Assembly (NCBI GenBank): GCA_963741915.1
Contig: CAVUJW010000013.1
Location: 523,791-587,790 of the forward strand
Origin: an uncultured Chloroflexia bacterium
Lineage (GTDB): Bacteria > Chloroflexota > Limnocylindria > Limnocylindrales > CSP1-4
Direction of reading: 5' to 3'
Length of the DNA stretch: 64,000 nt
The notes under the pieces are model-generated. The model saw only the letters and a program-made list of their open reading frames with translations, was not told where the DNA came from and made no database searches. Position 1 is the first letter of the stretch; each line of letters opens with the position of its first letter. Position numbers and translations under genes: made by a program. Shown piece after piece: positions 28,521-38,011 of the stretch.

Positions 28521-29075
28521 GTGATGGAGGCGTTGGTCGACCCGGAGCGGATCGCACGGGCCCGGAGCGGCGATGCCCCAGCCTTCGAGGCGCTGGTGGA
28601 GGCGCGGATCGGACCGATGACGCGAACGGCGATGGCGATCCTGGGACGCGAGGACGAGGCGCGCGACGCGGTCCAGGACGCGCTGCTCACGGCCTGGCGC
28701 GAGCTGGCCACGCTGCGCGACCCGGCCGCGTTCGATGCGTGGCTCACCCGGATCCTGGTCAATCGCTGCCGCCGTGGACTGCGGTGGATCGGCCTGCGCC
28801 GGGTGCGTGAGGTCCCGGCCGACCTCCTTCTCGATGACGTGCAGCCGCACGGACCCGACGTGGCGGGTGCCGTGGCCGACCGGCGATCGCTCGAGCGGGC
28901 CTTCAGCCGGCTGAGCGTCGACGACCGGACGCTGCTCGTGCTCCACCATCTCGACGGGCGATCGGTCGCCTCGATCGCGGACGTGCTCCGGGTCCCCGAG
29001 GGGACGGCTAAATCGCGACTGTTCGCGGCACGACGCTCGCTGGAGCGGGCGCTGGCACGCGAGGGCGCCCGATGA
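28521..29075 (+). CDS. ECF-type sigma-70 factor (intact)
   Basis: 184 aa. DAVQDALLTAWRE (region 2) and LLVLHHLDGRSVASIADVLRVPEGTAKSRLFAARRSL (region 4). Confidence 0.85.
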   Translation: MMEALVDPERIARARSGDAPAFEALVEARIGPMTRTAMAILGREDEARDAVQDALLTAWRELATLRDPAAFDAWLTRILVNRCRRGLRWIGLRRVREVPADLLLDDVQPHGPDVAGAVADRRSLERAFSRLSVDDRTLLVLHHLDGRSVASIADVLRVPEGTAKSRLFAARRSLERALAREGAR

Positions 29076-31561
29076 GCGGCCGTCCCATGGGCCCGGGCGG
29101 GCATCCGCCGCTCGACGACGACGGTCTTCGTGCGATGCTCGAGGCCCGCGCGGGACGGGTTGGCGACGCGGCAGCGGGCGAGGTCATGAGCGCGCTGCGG
29201 GCGGAGCTCCGCGGACCGTCGGCCGGGCAAGGTCTCACGGTCCTCCCCGGACCCGTCTCGCGGCGGGGCGGGCAATCCCAGCTCGGCTGGGCAGCCGCAG
29301 GGCTCGTTGCGGTCGTGCTGATCGCGCTGGTCGGCGGCCGCCTGGGCGCGGGACCTTCGCCGGTCGCCGGAAGCCCCTCGGTATCGATGGCGCCGACGGG
29401 GCCCGCCGCCTCGCTCGCGGGCGAGGAGCAGCGCCTGCTCCGCCAGCTCGCCCTCATGCGGCTGGAGCTTGGCCTGGCGGCCGGCGATCTCGACGGGCAG
29501 GTGGTCGTGGTCACCGGCCGGCTCGTGGCGCAGGGTGCCGCCCGATGCCTCGCCGGCGGCAGCGCCCCGTGCCCGGTGGAGGTGGCCGGGCTGCCGGGCG
29601 TCCAGGTCCAGCCGTCGCCCTCGATCGACCCCGCCCTGTGGCCCTCGATCGTCGAGCGGTCCGCCGGCCGGAAGATGGTCATGCGCGTGGACGGCGGCGT
29701 CCTGCGGTTCCTGGGCTTCCTCGCGAATGCCGCGGACCAGCCCCTCACGGTCGCGGGTTTCATGGCGGCCAGGCCACAGCCCGAGGAGGTGACCGTGGTC
29801 GACGGCTGGCTGCTCGCTGCCGGCGTGGCGAGCGCCTGTCCGCGAGCCTCGGACGCCTCGCCGGGCCCGGTGACCGGCTGTGAGCCGATCGGCCTGCGCG
29901 TGCTGTCGGGGACGGACCCCGCCCTGGGCACGCTGAGCGAGTTCGTCACGATCCGGCTCGCCGCCGATGCACCGGCGGGCACCGGAGCTGACCTCGGCCC
30001 GCAGCCGTTCCGCCTCGGCGCGCAGCGGTACCTGGTGCGCGATGACGGCGGCCCCGAGATCGTGGGGCAGCTCCACGCGCCGATGGCGAGCGTGACGATC
30101 GACTCGGGGACGGCCGCCTCGGCGAGCGGCACGCCGCCGACCGGGCCCGCGGGCCTCGACCTCGACGGGCTGCGAGCGGCCCTGTCGGCCGGCAGGCTGG
30201 ACGGGCAGACCGTGATCGTCACGGGCCAGGTGGTGGTCCAGCCGTGGCCCTGTCCCAACACGATGCCGATCGACTGCTATGGGCTGCAGCTTCGCGGGCT
30301 GGACGGCGTCGAGATCACCCATGTCGGGGTGGCCGCGGCGGACGTGGCAGGCCACGCGACCGATGCGCCGATCGCCTTCGGCGTGGCCGGCGGCCAGCTC
30401 GTGCTGGAGGGCTGGCTGGCCAATGCCCCGGGACAGCCGCTCCAGGTCGCCGAGCTGCTCGCGCCGTCGAACCTGCCTCGGCAGACCCAGATCGCCGTGG
30501 TCTCGGGCTGGCTGACCGGGCGCGAAGCCGCCGCCTGCCCGGACCTGAGGGGGATGGGCTCGCCGGTGCCCTGTCCCGACGGTGACGCCTGGCTGACGAG
30601 CCGGCCTCCGCGAGCCGATGGCTCGCCGGTCCCGGGAAGCGCCGGCGCGCTGGTCGAGGTTGCCCCTTCGGTGGCGGACCCGGGGATCGTCGGCGTCGCC
30701 GGGCCGTTCCTCGTGGGTCGCGCCGGCGGTGACGGCATCACCTCGGCGGCGCTCCGGGTCGCGGCCCGCCTCGATCCCTCGAGGCTCGTGCGCGTCGACG
30801 GCACCGTGACGTCCGGCGAACCCTCCGCCTCGCCGTCGGCACCCCTCGAGGCCATCGCCGGCCGGATCTCCGTGGAGCGGTTCCGGCTGGCCGTCGCCTC
30901 CGGCGGCCTCGACGGACGGCTGGTGCTCCTGCAGGGCAGGCTCGTGCGCCAGGCGACCCCATGCCCCTCCGCCGCGGCTGACCCCTGCCCGCGGCTGTCC
31001 ATCGCGGGCCTGCCCGACGTGCCGCTCACATGGACCGGCCCGAACGAGGGGGCGGACCCGATCGACGACCGGGCGGAGACGTTGGCGGTGATCCCGCACG
31101 ACCACGCCCTCCAGCTCCTGGGCCGCGTGGTCGGAGACCCGGCCAACCCCGGGGTCGTGTACGACTGGCGCGAGCGGTTCGGGGTCCTGGCAACCCCGTT
31201 CGACGTCCACGCGATCGCCGGCTGGCTGGTCGTGGGCGGCATCCACTCCTGCCCGGCGCTGGGGCCCGGCGCCACCCCGTGTCCCGGCCCGGGACCGCAG
31301 CTGACCGATCGGCAGCCGACGGCGGAGGGGATGATGACGGGCGGCCTGCAGCTGCCCGCCGTGAGCGCACCCGGGGCACCGGGCATCGACCCGGCTCGGA
31401 TCGTGACGCGGGGCCCGTTCCTCGCCTGGCAGGGGGTCGGCTCGACCTGCTCCGGCCTCCCCGACGCCGCGCAGGCCGGCTGCGCAGGTGGCCGCGTCGC
31501 GCTATGGGAGGTCGTCGCGCGCTACGACCCCGGCAGCGTGGTCCGGGTCAGCCTGCCCTGA
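29072..31561 (+). CDS. putative anti-sigma/membrane protein with three tandem ~235-aa Cys-containing extracytoplasmic modules
   Basis: ATGA overlap with the sigma gene. One TM segment (LGWAAAGLVAVVLIALVGG). Modules start at about nt 29423, 30143 and 30848, each with LDGQ/R-xVxVxGxLV, C-x7-C (CLAGGSAPC / CPNTMPIDC / CPSAAADPC) and GWL-x5-8-C-x9-13-C. Confidence 0.6.
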   Translation: MSGRPMGPGGHPPLDDDGLRAMLEARAGRVGDAAAGEVMSALRAELRGPSAGQGLTVLPGPVSRRGGQSQLGWAAAGLVAVVLIALVGGRLGAGPSPVAGSPSVSMAPTGPAASLAGEEQRLLRQLALMRLELGLAAGDLDGQVVVVTGRLVAQGAARCLAGGSAPCPVEVAGLPGVQVQPSPSIDPALWPSIVERSAGRKMVMRVDGGVLRFLGFLANAADQPLTVAGFMAARPQPEEVTVVDGWLLAAGVASACPRASDASPGPVTGCEPIGLRVLSGTDPALGTLSEFVTIRLAADAPAGTGADLGPQPFRLGAQRYLVRDDGGPEIVGQLHAPMASVTIDSGTAASASGTPPTGPAGLDLDGLRAALSAGRLDGQTVIVTGQVVVQPWPCPNTMPIDCYGLQLRGLDGVEITHVGVAAADVAGHATDAPIAFGVAGGQLVLEGWLANAPGQPLQVAELLAPSNLPRQTQIAVVSGWLTGREAAACPDLRGMGSPVPCPDGDAWLTSRPPRADGSPVPGSAGALVEVAPSVADPGIVGVAGPFLVGRAGGDGITSAALRVAARLDPSRLVRVDGTVTSGEPSASPSAPLEAIAGRISVERFRLAVASGGLDGRLVLLQGRLVRQATPCPSAAADPCPRLSIAGLPDVPLTWTGPNEGADPIDDRAETLAVIPHDHALQLLGRVVGDPANPGVVYDWRERFGVLATPFDVHAIAGWLVVGGIHSCPALGPGATPCPGPGPQLTDRQPTAEGMMTGGLQLPAVSAPGAPGIDPARIVTRGPFLAWQGVGSTCSGLPDAAQAGCAGGRVALWEVVARYDPGSVVRVSLP

Positions 31562-31680
31562 CGCCGGCCCTCCCGGGCGCGCGCCACTGACCAACCCTGG
31601 GGGCGCACGCGGGTCGCGACCTCGGAATGTCGGCGGACGGGCCTCGACGAGCCGAACCGCCGCCGGGACGGCCCTGAGCG

Positions 31681-32094
31681 CTACCGGAAGGGCGGCATCA
31701 GCAGCAGGACATGCTCGTCGCCGGTGACGCAGCCCCCGGTCACGTGGGCGCCCTCGCCGAGGACCGGCGTCCCGGAGCCATCGACGATCTCGAGCGCCGG
31801 ATCGAACCGCGCCCGGTACCCGCGCGGCCACTCGACGTCGATCCGGGTGCCCTGCGCCGACACCAGCCACGCGACGCGCGGGTCGGCGGGGTCGCCGTGG
31901 AGCACCGCGTCGATGCCGACGCCGCCACACGCCTCGACCGCGCCCGCCGGCAACGAGACCGGTTGCTCGGTGGGCAGGGCCAGCTCGCCGGCACCGAGCG
32001 TCGGGAGCGTCGCGGCCGTCCGCACCGTCGTCGGGCCCGGTCCACCGCACGCTGCGACGGCCGCCAGCAGGACGAGCGCGATCGCGAGCTTCAT
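31681..32094 (-). CDS. lipoprotein, hypothetical
   Basis: The ATG at 32094 gives MKLAIALVLLAAVAAC (lipobox). 137 aa. Confidence 0.5.
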   Translation of the reverse strand: MKLAIALVLLAAVAACGGPGPTTVRTAATLPTLGAGELALPTEQPVSLPAGAVEACGGVGIDAVLHGDPADPRVAWLVSAQGTRIDVEWPRGYRARFDPALEIVDGSGTPVLGEGAHVTGGCVTGDEHVLLLMPPFR

Positions 32095-32169
32095 CGGCCG
32101 TTGGACGCTTGACCTCCGGGCGGGGTTCCCGTTCCCGGCCCATCCGGCGTCCCGGCTAGAATCGCCGCC

Positions 32170-32853
32170 GTGACCACCCTCAAGCGAACGGTCGAGATCG
32201 CCGCACGCCGCGCGATCGCCGAGCGGACCGAGGCCCTGTTTCGTGCCAGCGGTGCCCTGCGCGACGGGCACTTCGTGCTCAAGAGCGGACGTCACGCCGA
32301 CATCTACCTCGAGAAGTTCCAGGTGCTCCAGGACCCTGCCGCCACGAGCGAGCTGTGCGGGTTCTGGGCCGCGGCGCATCGGGACGGGGATGGTACGCCG
32401 ACCGTCGATGTCGTCGCGGGACCGACGACGGGGGGCGTGATCCTGGCGTTCGAGACGGGCCGCCAGCTGGGGACGCGCGCGATCTTCGCCGAGGAGGTCG
32501 CCGCCGACGACGGGCGGCCGCGGCGCGAGTTCCGGCGCGGGTTTGCGATCAGGGCGGGGGAGCGGGTCCTGCTCGTGGACGACATCCTGACGACCGGCGG
32601 CTCGCTGCTGGCGATGATCCCGGCGGTCGAGGCAGCGGGCGGCGAGATCGTCGCGTGTGCCGTGCTGGTGGACCGGTCCGGCGGGCTTGCCACGCTGGCC
32701 TCGCCCTCGACGGGCCGGGTCTACCCCCTGCGGGCCCTGTGGCAGCTGGAGCTCCCGACGTACGAGCCGGGGGCGGGGAGCTGCCCGCGGTGTGCGGCCG
32801 GCGAGCCAACGGTCAAGCCGGGCAGCAGCGGGACCGGGCTGACCCCCGCATGA
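32170..32853 (+). CDS. pyrE: orotate phosphoribosyltransferase PyrE
   Basis: GHFVLKSGRHADIYLEKF and the PRPP motif VLLVDDILTTGGSL. GTG start. Confidence 0.85.
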   Translation: MTTLKRTVEIAARRAIAERTEALFRASGALRDGHFVLKSGRHADIYLEKFQVLQDPAATSELCGFWAAAHRDGDGTPTVDVVAGPTTGGVILAFETGRQLGTRAIFAEEVAADDGRPRREFRRGFAIRAGERVLLVDDILTTGGSLLAMIPAVEAAGGEIVACAVLVDRSGGLATLASPSTGRVYPLRALWQLELPTYEPGAGSCPRCAAGEPTVKPGSSGTGLTPA

Positions 32854-33275
32854 TCCCGACCCGGATGGCCGCCGCGGCCGGCGTCGTGGCGGTCGCGGTG
32901 GGCCTGCTGGTCGCCGCGTGCGGCGGCGGGCCGACGCCCACGCCCGGCGTGGTGGCCACCGCCTCGCTGAGCGTCCCGGACACGGCCACGCCGGCCGCCA
33001 CGGACCTGCCGTCGCACGAGGTCACCGACCTGGCCTCGCCGGTCACGGGCGTGCTCACGCACATCGACGCCACCGGCCTGTCCAGCGTGAGCGAGTTCAC
33101 GCTCCGCCTCGACGACGGCCGCCTGGTCACCTTCCGGATCGGGCTGCTGGACAACGGCGACCAGTTCCCGCCGGGCCACCTGGCCGAGCACCTCGCGACG
33201 TCGGCGCCGGTGCGGGTCTACTTCCGTCGGGAAGGCAGCGATCTGGTCGTCTTCCGGCTCGAGGACGGCTCCTGA
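32850..33275 (+). CDS. lipoprotein, hypothetical
   Basis: ATGA overlap with the pyrE stop. AAAAGVVAVAVGLLVAAC lipobox. 141 aa. Confidence 0.5.
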   Translation: MIPTRMAAAAGVVAVAVGLLVAACGGGPTPTPGVVATASLSVPDTATPAATDLPSHEVTDLASPVTGVLTHIDATGLSSVSEFTLRLDDGRLVTFRIGLLDNGDQFPPGHLAEHLATSAPVRVYFRREGSDLVVFRLEDGS

Positions 33276-33320
33276 GGCCTGGCTCCGGCCGACTGGCGGG
33301 GAGGGGGCGACGTCCGCCGG

Positions 33321-33600
33321 CTGCTCGCGGGAGAGTACCCGGGACGAACCTGCTCGCCAGGAGAGCACTCGGGCGGTTATCGGGTCCCGCAACCGCTGGA
33401 TGGATCGCGTGGCGAGCAGTGCGGGCGCCGAAACCGCTGGATGGCTCGCGCGGCGAGCACTCGGGCGGTTATCGGCGGGTATTCAGTCCCGCAACCGCTG
33501 GAGTGCTCCCGTGGCGAGCAGCGCGCGCGTGGCGAGCGGCGCGGGCGGTCATCGGGTCCCGCAACCGCTGGGCGGCTCGCGTGGTGAACGGCGCGGGGGG
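33321..33600. repeat. cluster of degenerate direct repeats (about 3 full and several partial copies of a ~58-68-nt unit)
   Basis: The core GCGAGCACTCGGGCGGTTATCGGGTCCCGCAACCGCTGGATGG(C/A)TCGCGTGGCGAGCAG recurs from about 33361, 33453 and 33532. It lies in the 3'-3' intergenic region between convergent genes. Irregular spacing. Confidence 0.65.
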
Positions 33601-33623
33601 TCAGGGCCCGCGCCGGGCCCGCG

Positions 33624-34601
33624 TCAGCTCGCGGCGATCTCTGCGATCGCGGCCTTGAGCTCGTCCGTGCCGACCACGCCCTCGAACGAGGCTCGCACGA
33701 TCCCCTTGGCATCCACGGCGAAGATCCAGGGCTCGGACAGCAGCCCCCACTGGCTGACGGCGTCGACCGGCTGGAGCTGGTTGTTCGCATCGAGCACCGG
33801 CTGGAGGCGGCCCTCCGTGTACTGGAGCTTGTACGGCTCCACGTTGATGAACGCCACGTTGGGCGGGGAGCTCGCGGCGACCGACTTGACCCGGTCGAGC
33901 GTGGGACCGCACTGCGCGCTCTGGCAGAACGCCGGCGTGGCGAACACGAGCACGAACGGCTTGCCCTGCGCAAGCGCCTGGTCGACCGAGAGCTGGTAGA
34001 AGGATGGGTCCGGGCTGGGGTCGGTCGCGATCTTGGCGAGGTCGCCGCCGACATCGGCCGCCGTCGGCGTCTTCGATGCCGGCGCCTTGTCGCCGACCGC
34101 GATCGTGATGCCCTTCTCCTGGACCTGGAACGAGAACGGGATCACCTCCCGGCGCCCGCCCGGCGCCTGGGTCGTGAACACGGCCGTCCAGTCGCCCGCG
34201 GTGGGGAACGTCACGTGGGCGACGTAGTCGCCGCGCGAGCCTTCGATGGCCCACACGAACGTTCCCGGCGTGGACGCGCCGGGCTGGCTGGCACCGGGCG
34301 CGATGAACGCCACCGACGCGGTGCGGTCGGGCGTCGCCGCCGGCAGGTTGGTCTTGGCGTCGAGGAACGAGAACAGGAGCCGGTTGTCGCCCACGACCTC
34401 CTGGGCGTTGATCATCACGGGCAGAACGGACGGGTTCGCGGTGGTGCCGAGCGGCGCGGCCGACGGTGTCGCCGAGGGGCCCGAGGCGCCGGTGGCGCCG
34501 GATCCGCAGGCCGCTGCTACGAGGGTCGCAGCCAGGGCGACGCCCAGGGCGGGGCGAGACAGGATCGGACGCACGTGGACGAGGATCGGGTGACGAGGCA
34601 T
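33624..34601 (-). CDS. thioredoxin-fold lipoprotein (TlpA/SCO1-like) with an N-terminal Ig-like domain; candidate cytochrome-oxidase biogenesis factor
   Basis: ATG at 34601. Lipobox LVAAAC, then [23 protein letters not shown] (thioredoxin-fold context, but with C-x4-C spacing). It is divergent from ctaA-ctaB. Confidence 0.6.
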   Translation of the reverse strand: MPRHPILVHVRPILSRPALGVALAATLVAAACGSGATGASGPSATPSAAPLGTTANPSVLPVMINAQEVVGDNRLLFSFLDAKTNLPAATPDRTASVAFIAPGASQPGASTPGTFVWAIEGSRGDYVAHVTFPTAGDWTAVFTTQAPGGRREVIPFSFQVQEKGITIAVGDKAPASKTPTAADVGGDLAKIATDPSPDPSFYQLSVDQALAQGKPFVLVFATPAFCQSAQCGPTLDRVKSVAASSPPNVAFINVEPYKLQYTEGRLQPVLDANNQLQPVDAVSQWGLLSEPWIFAVDAKGIVRASFEGVVGTDELKAAIAEIAAS

Positions 34602-34685
34602 GCTCGAGAGCGTAGCCCCCCGCGCCGGAACGCGCCGGAACCCGCCGGGACGCGCCGGAACGCGCCGGGCTGGCGTCCGCGTAGA

Positions 34686-36619
34686 ATGTCGGCTCCAGCC
34701 CGATCCGGTGCCGTGTCGGTTCCAACCGAGGACGATCGCCCCCCCGTGACCCGATTCCAGAAGATCGCCGCCGCCACCGTGGTGACGACCGTGCTGCTCG
34801 TGACCATCGGCGTCATGGTCCGCGCGACGGGTTCCGGCATGGGCTGCCCGGACTGGCCGCTGTGCCACGGCCAGGTGATCCCGCCCGTCGACGACTACCA
34901 GGCTTGGCTGGAGTGGATCCACCGGACGGTCGCAGCCTTGATCGGCTTCGAGATCCTGGGTCTCGCGTTCCTCGCCTGGCGCGACCACCGGGACAACCGG
35001 TCCATCACCTGGATGTCGCTGGTCGCCGTGGTCCTGGTCGGGTTCCAGGCATGGCTGGGGCGCGAGACGGTCCGGCTCAACAACTCGGGCGAGTCGGTCA
35101 CCGCGCACCTGGCGTCGGCGATGGCCCTGCTGGGGCTGCTCGTGTTCATCCTGGCCCGCAGCTACTACCCGTCCCGGATCGGCGGGCGCGGCGCGAGCCA
35201 GCGGTTCACGCTGCTGGCGACGTTCACGGCCGCCGCGGTCTACGCGCTGCTGCTGTTCGGCTCCAACGTCACCGCGACCTCGCAGTGGTACGTGTTTCCG
35301 GACTGGCCGCTGATGAACGGCTCGCTGTTCCCGCCGCTCACCGATGCCAACACCGCGCACGTCCTCCACCGATGGGTCGCCGGCGTGGTCGGCCTGATCG
35401 TGTGGGCAACGGCGCTGGCGGCCTGGCGCACCCAGCGAGCGCGGCCCGTGCGGGTCGGGCTCGCCGTCGGGGCCGCCGTCCTGTTCACGATCCAGGCGAT
35501 CGTGGGTGGGCTGCAGGTCCTGACCGGGCTCGCGGAGTGGACCCAGACGCTCCACCTCGCGCTGGGCGCGGTGATCTGGGCGCTGCTGGTGGCGCTCGTC
35601 GTGCTCTCCTACTTCGAGGCGCGCACCGCCGCCCTCAGGGACACCGGGATCCCGGGCGGGACCGGGCGCGTGGCGGACGATCCGGCCTCGGCGGGTGATG
35701 CGCGCGGCCGCGGGGGCGACACCGTTCGGGCCTACATCGCGCTGACCAAGCCGCGGATCATCGAGCTGCTGCTGATCACGACGATCCCGGCCATGGTGCT
35801 CGCGACCCGCGACCTGCCGGGCATGGTGCTCGGCGAGTGGCTGCGCCTGGCGTTGTGGACGATGGTCGGGGGCACCCTTGCCGCCGGTTCGGCCAACGCC
35901 ATCAACCAGTACCTCGACCGGGACATCGACCAGCTGATGACGCGCACCCGGCGCCGACCCCTGCCCGCGCACGCCGTCCCCCGGAGAACGCGGTGGTGTT
36001 CGGGATCGTGCTGGGCGTGATCTCGATCGCGCTGATGGCCTGGTTCGTCAACCTGGTGGCCGCGTTCCTGACGCTGCTCGCGATCGGGTTCTACGTGTTC
36101 GTGTACACGCTGATCCTCAAGCGCACCACGCCCCAGAACATCGTCATCGGCGGTGCCGCCGGGGCCCTGCCGCCGGTGATCGGCTGGGCGGCGGTCACCG
36201 GCCGGGTGGAGGTGCCCGCCCTGCTCTTGTTCGCGATGGTGTTCTACTGGACGCCGCCCCACTTCTGGGCGCTGTCGCTGCGCATCCGCAAGGACTACGA
36301 GGCGGCCCGCGTCCCGATGCTGCCGGTCGTGCGCGGCGTCCCCGAGACGGCGCGCCAGATCGCGCTGTACACGGTGCTCCTGGTGGCCATGAGCCTCGTG
36401 TTCTACGCCGTCGCGCGGATGGGCCCGCTGTACCTGGTTGCCGCGGTCGCGCTGGGCGCCCTGTTCCTGTGGCGGGCGTTCACCCTGTGGCGCCAGGCGG
36501 CCTCGCCCGAGGCCTCGCTGGCCCAGGCGATCCGGCTGTACAAGTACTCGATCAGCTACCTCACGCTGCTGTTTGCCGCGGTTGCCGTGGACAGCCTCCT
36601 GGTCGCTCCGAAGCTCTGA
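34686..36619 (+). pseudogene. ctaA/ctaB: fused heme A synthase (CtaA/COX15) and protoheme IX farnesyltransferase (CtaB); one apparent frameshift near 35975
   Basis: CtaA part: [35 protein letters not shown]. It continues with no stop into the CtaB part ([14 protein letters not shown]...[26 protein letters not shown]). After gtcccccgg the reading continues in ORF 35837..36619 (PQNIVIGGAAGALPPVIGW...YWTPPHFWAL). Confidence 0.7.
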
Positions 36620-36622
36620 TCG

Positions 36623-37267
36623 ATGTCGGGGCGCGGGGGCCACGCCGTCGCCGCGCGGGGCGCGGCCGCTCGTTCCCGCCGGCTGCTGGCGGCCGTGCTC
36701 GCGCCACTCCTCGTGCCGCTCCTCCCGCCGCTCCTCGCCCTCGCGGCGCTGTTCGCCGGGCCGGCGACGCCGGCCGCCCTCGGCGCGTGCGCATCGCCGC
36801 CCACCATGGCCGAGGCGGCCGCGGCCGGCGCGGTGGTGTTCGTGGGCTCGGTGGTGTACCTCGAGAACGACAACCGGTGGGCGACCGTCCAGGTCGAGGA
36901 GCGCTGGCAGGGCGCGGGCCAGCTGGGCGCCACGGTCGAGGTCCACGGCAGCGGCGACCCCGGCGTCCAGACCCAGATCGACCGGTCCTACGAGACGGCG
37001 CGCTACCTGTTCGTGGTCCAGGATGGACCAGGCTACCTCGTCGACAACGCGTGCAGCGGGACCGTGGCCTGGTCCGATGCGCTGGCGAGGCTGCGGCCGC
37101 CCGGGGTGGCGGCGGCCCCGGGGCTGGCGGTGTCGACGCCGCTGGCCGACATCGACCCGGGCATCGTCCTCCCCCTGATCGCACTGCTCACGGCGCTCGC
37201 GATCGCGGTGATCTCGTACCTGGTGATCCTGCGGGCGAGGCGGCGACCGCCGGACTGGCTCCGGTAG
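36623..37267 (+). CDS. hypothetical exported/membrane protein
   Basis: 214 aa. N-terminal hydrophobic leader and C-terminal TM segment (IVLPLIALLTALAIAVISYLVIL-RARRR). It starts 4 nt after the ctaB stop. Confidence 0.45.
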   Translation: MSGRGGHAVAARGAAARSRRLLAAVLAPLLVPLLPPLLALAALFAGPATPAALGACASPPTMAEAAAAGAVVFVGSVVYLENDNRWATVQVEERWQGAGQLGATVEVHGSGDPGVQTQIDRSYETARYLFVVQDGPGYLVDNACSGTVAWSDALARLRPPGVAAAPGLAVSTPLADIDPGIVLPLIALLTALAIAVISYLVILRARRRPPDWLR

Positions 37268-37273
37268 CTGCCG

Positions 37274-37945
37274 CTACTCGCCCAGCGTGCCCCGCGCCTC
37301 GAGCACGGCGCGCCGGCGGCGCGAGACGCGGCCGTCGCGATCGAACAGTCGCAGGGTGACCTGGACCAGCGGGCCGATCCCCAGCGCGAACGTCACCGTC
37401 CCGAGCCCGATCGTGCCGCCGGCCAGGAAGCCCGCGACGAGCACGCTCAGCTCGATGGCCGTCCGGGCGCGCCGGATCGACCAGCCGAACCGCAGGTGGA
37501 GCCCGGTCATGAGGCCGTCCCGCGGGCCGGGCCCCAGATCCGCGGCGAGGTACAGCCCGGAGCCGATCCCGATCGTGCTCACGCCCGCCAACATCATCGC
37601 CAGCTGCGCGGCGGTGCCCGCGGCCGGCGGGATCACGCCCAGGGCGAGGTTCGTCGCCACGCCGATCAGCCCGATGTTGATCACGGTCCCCACGCCCGGA
37701 CGCTCGCCCAGCGGCCACCACGCGGCGAGGATGGGGATGCCGACCAGGATGCTGATGGTCCCGATCTGGAGCCCGACCAGGCGGCCCAGCCCCTGGTGGA
37801 ACACCTCCCAGGGCCCGAGCCCGAGACGCGCCTGGACCATGAGCGCGATCCCGAACCCGAACACGACCAGGCCCGCCACGAGGCCCGGCAGCCGCGGCAG
37901 CACGATCGAGGGCGCCCAGCGGGAGTCGAGCGATCCGGGCGGCAT
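37274..37945 (-). CDS. YczE-like integral membrane protein
   Basis: 223 aa starting from the ATG at 37945. LGLGPWEVFHQGL and GPGPRDGLMTGL are typical of the YczE/YitT-like membrane family. Confidence 0.55.
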   Translation of the reverse strand: MPPGSLDSRWAPSIVLPRLPGLVAGLVVFGFGIALMVQARLGLGPWEVFHQGLGRLVGLQIGTISILVGIPILAAWWPLGERPGVGTVINIGLIGVATNLALGVIPPAAGTAAQLAMMLAGVSTIGIGSGLYLAADLGPGPRDGLMTGLHLRFGWSIRRARTAIELSVLVAGFLAGGTIGLGTVTFALGIGPLVQVTLRLFDRDGRVSRRRRAVLEARGTLGE

Positions 37946-38011
37946 CACCGCATCGTGCCATCTCACGCGCTCGCCGACCCGGCCGGCCCGGCGATGTGTC
38001 ACGATCCGACG

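Noticed and set aside
28340-31246. 968-aa minus-strand ORF, with similar long antisense or alternate-frame ORFs at 6537..8696(-), 6362..8164(+), 22899..25394(-), 40869..43052(-), 41309..43393(+), 46715..49687(+) and 60612..62819(+)
   Set aside because: Their translations are Arg/Gly/Pro/Ala-dominated low-complexity sequence with no motifs. Each lies opposite to, or out of frame with, a strongly supported gene. These are typical shadow ORFs of stop-poor high-GC DNA.
33321-33600. Possible CRISPR-like or spacer-containing array (recurring cccgcaaccgctgg core)
   Set aside because: Core spacing is irregular (about 45, 57 and 70 nt). The sequence between cores is itself repeated, and the units are degenerate. 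This is more consistent with REP-like intergenic repeats.
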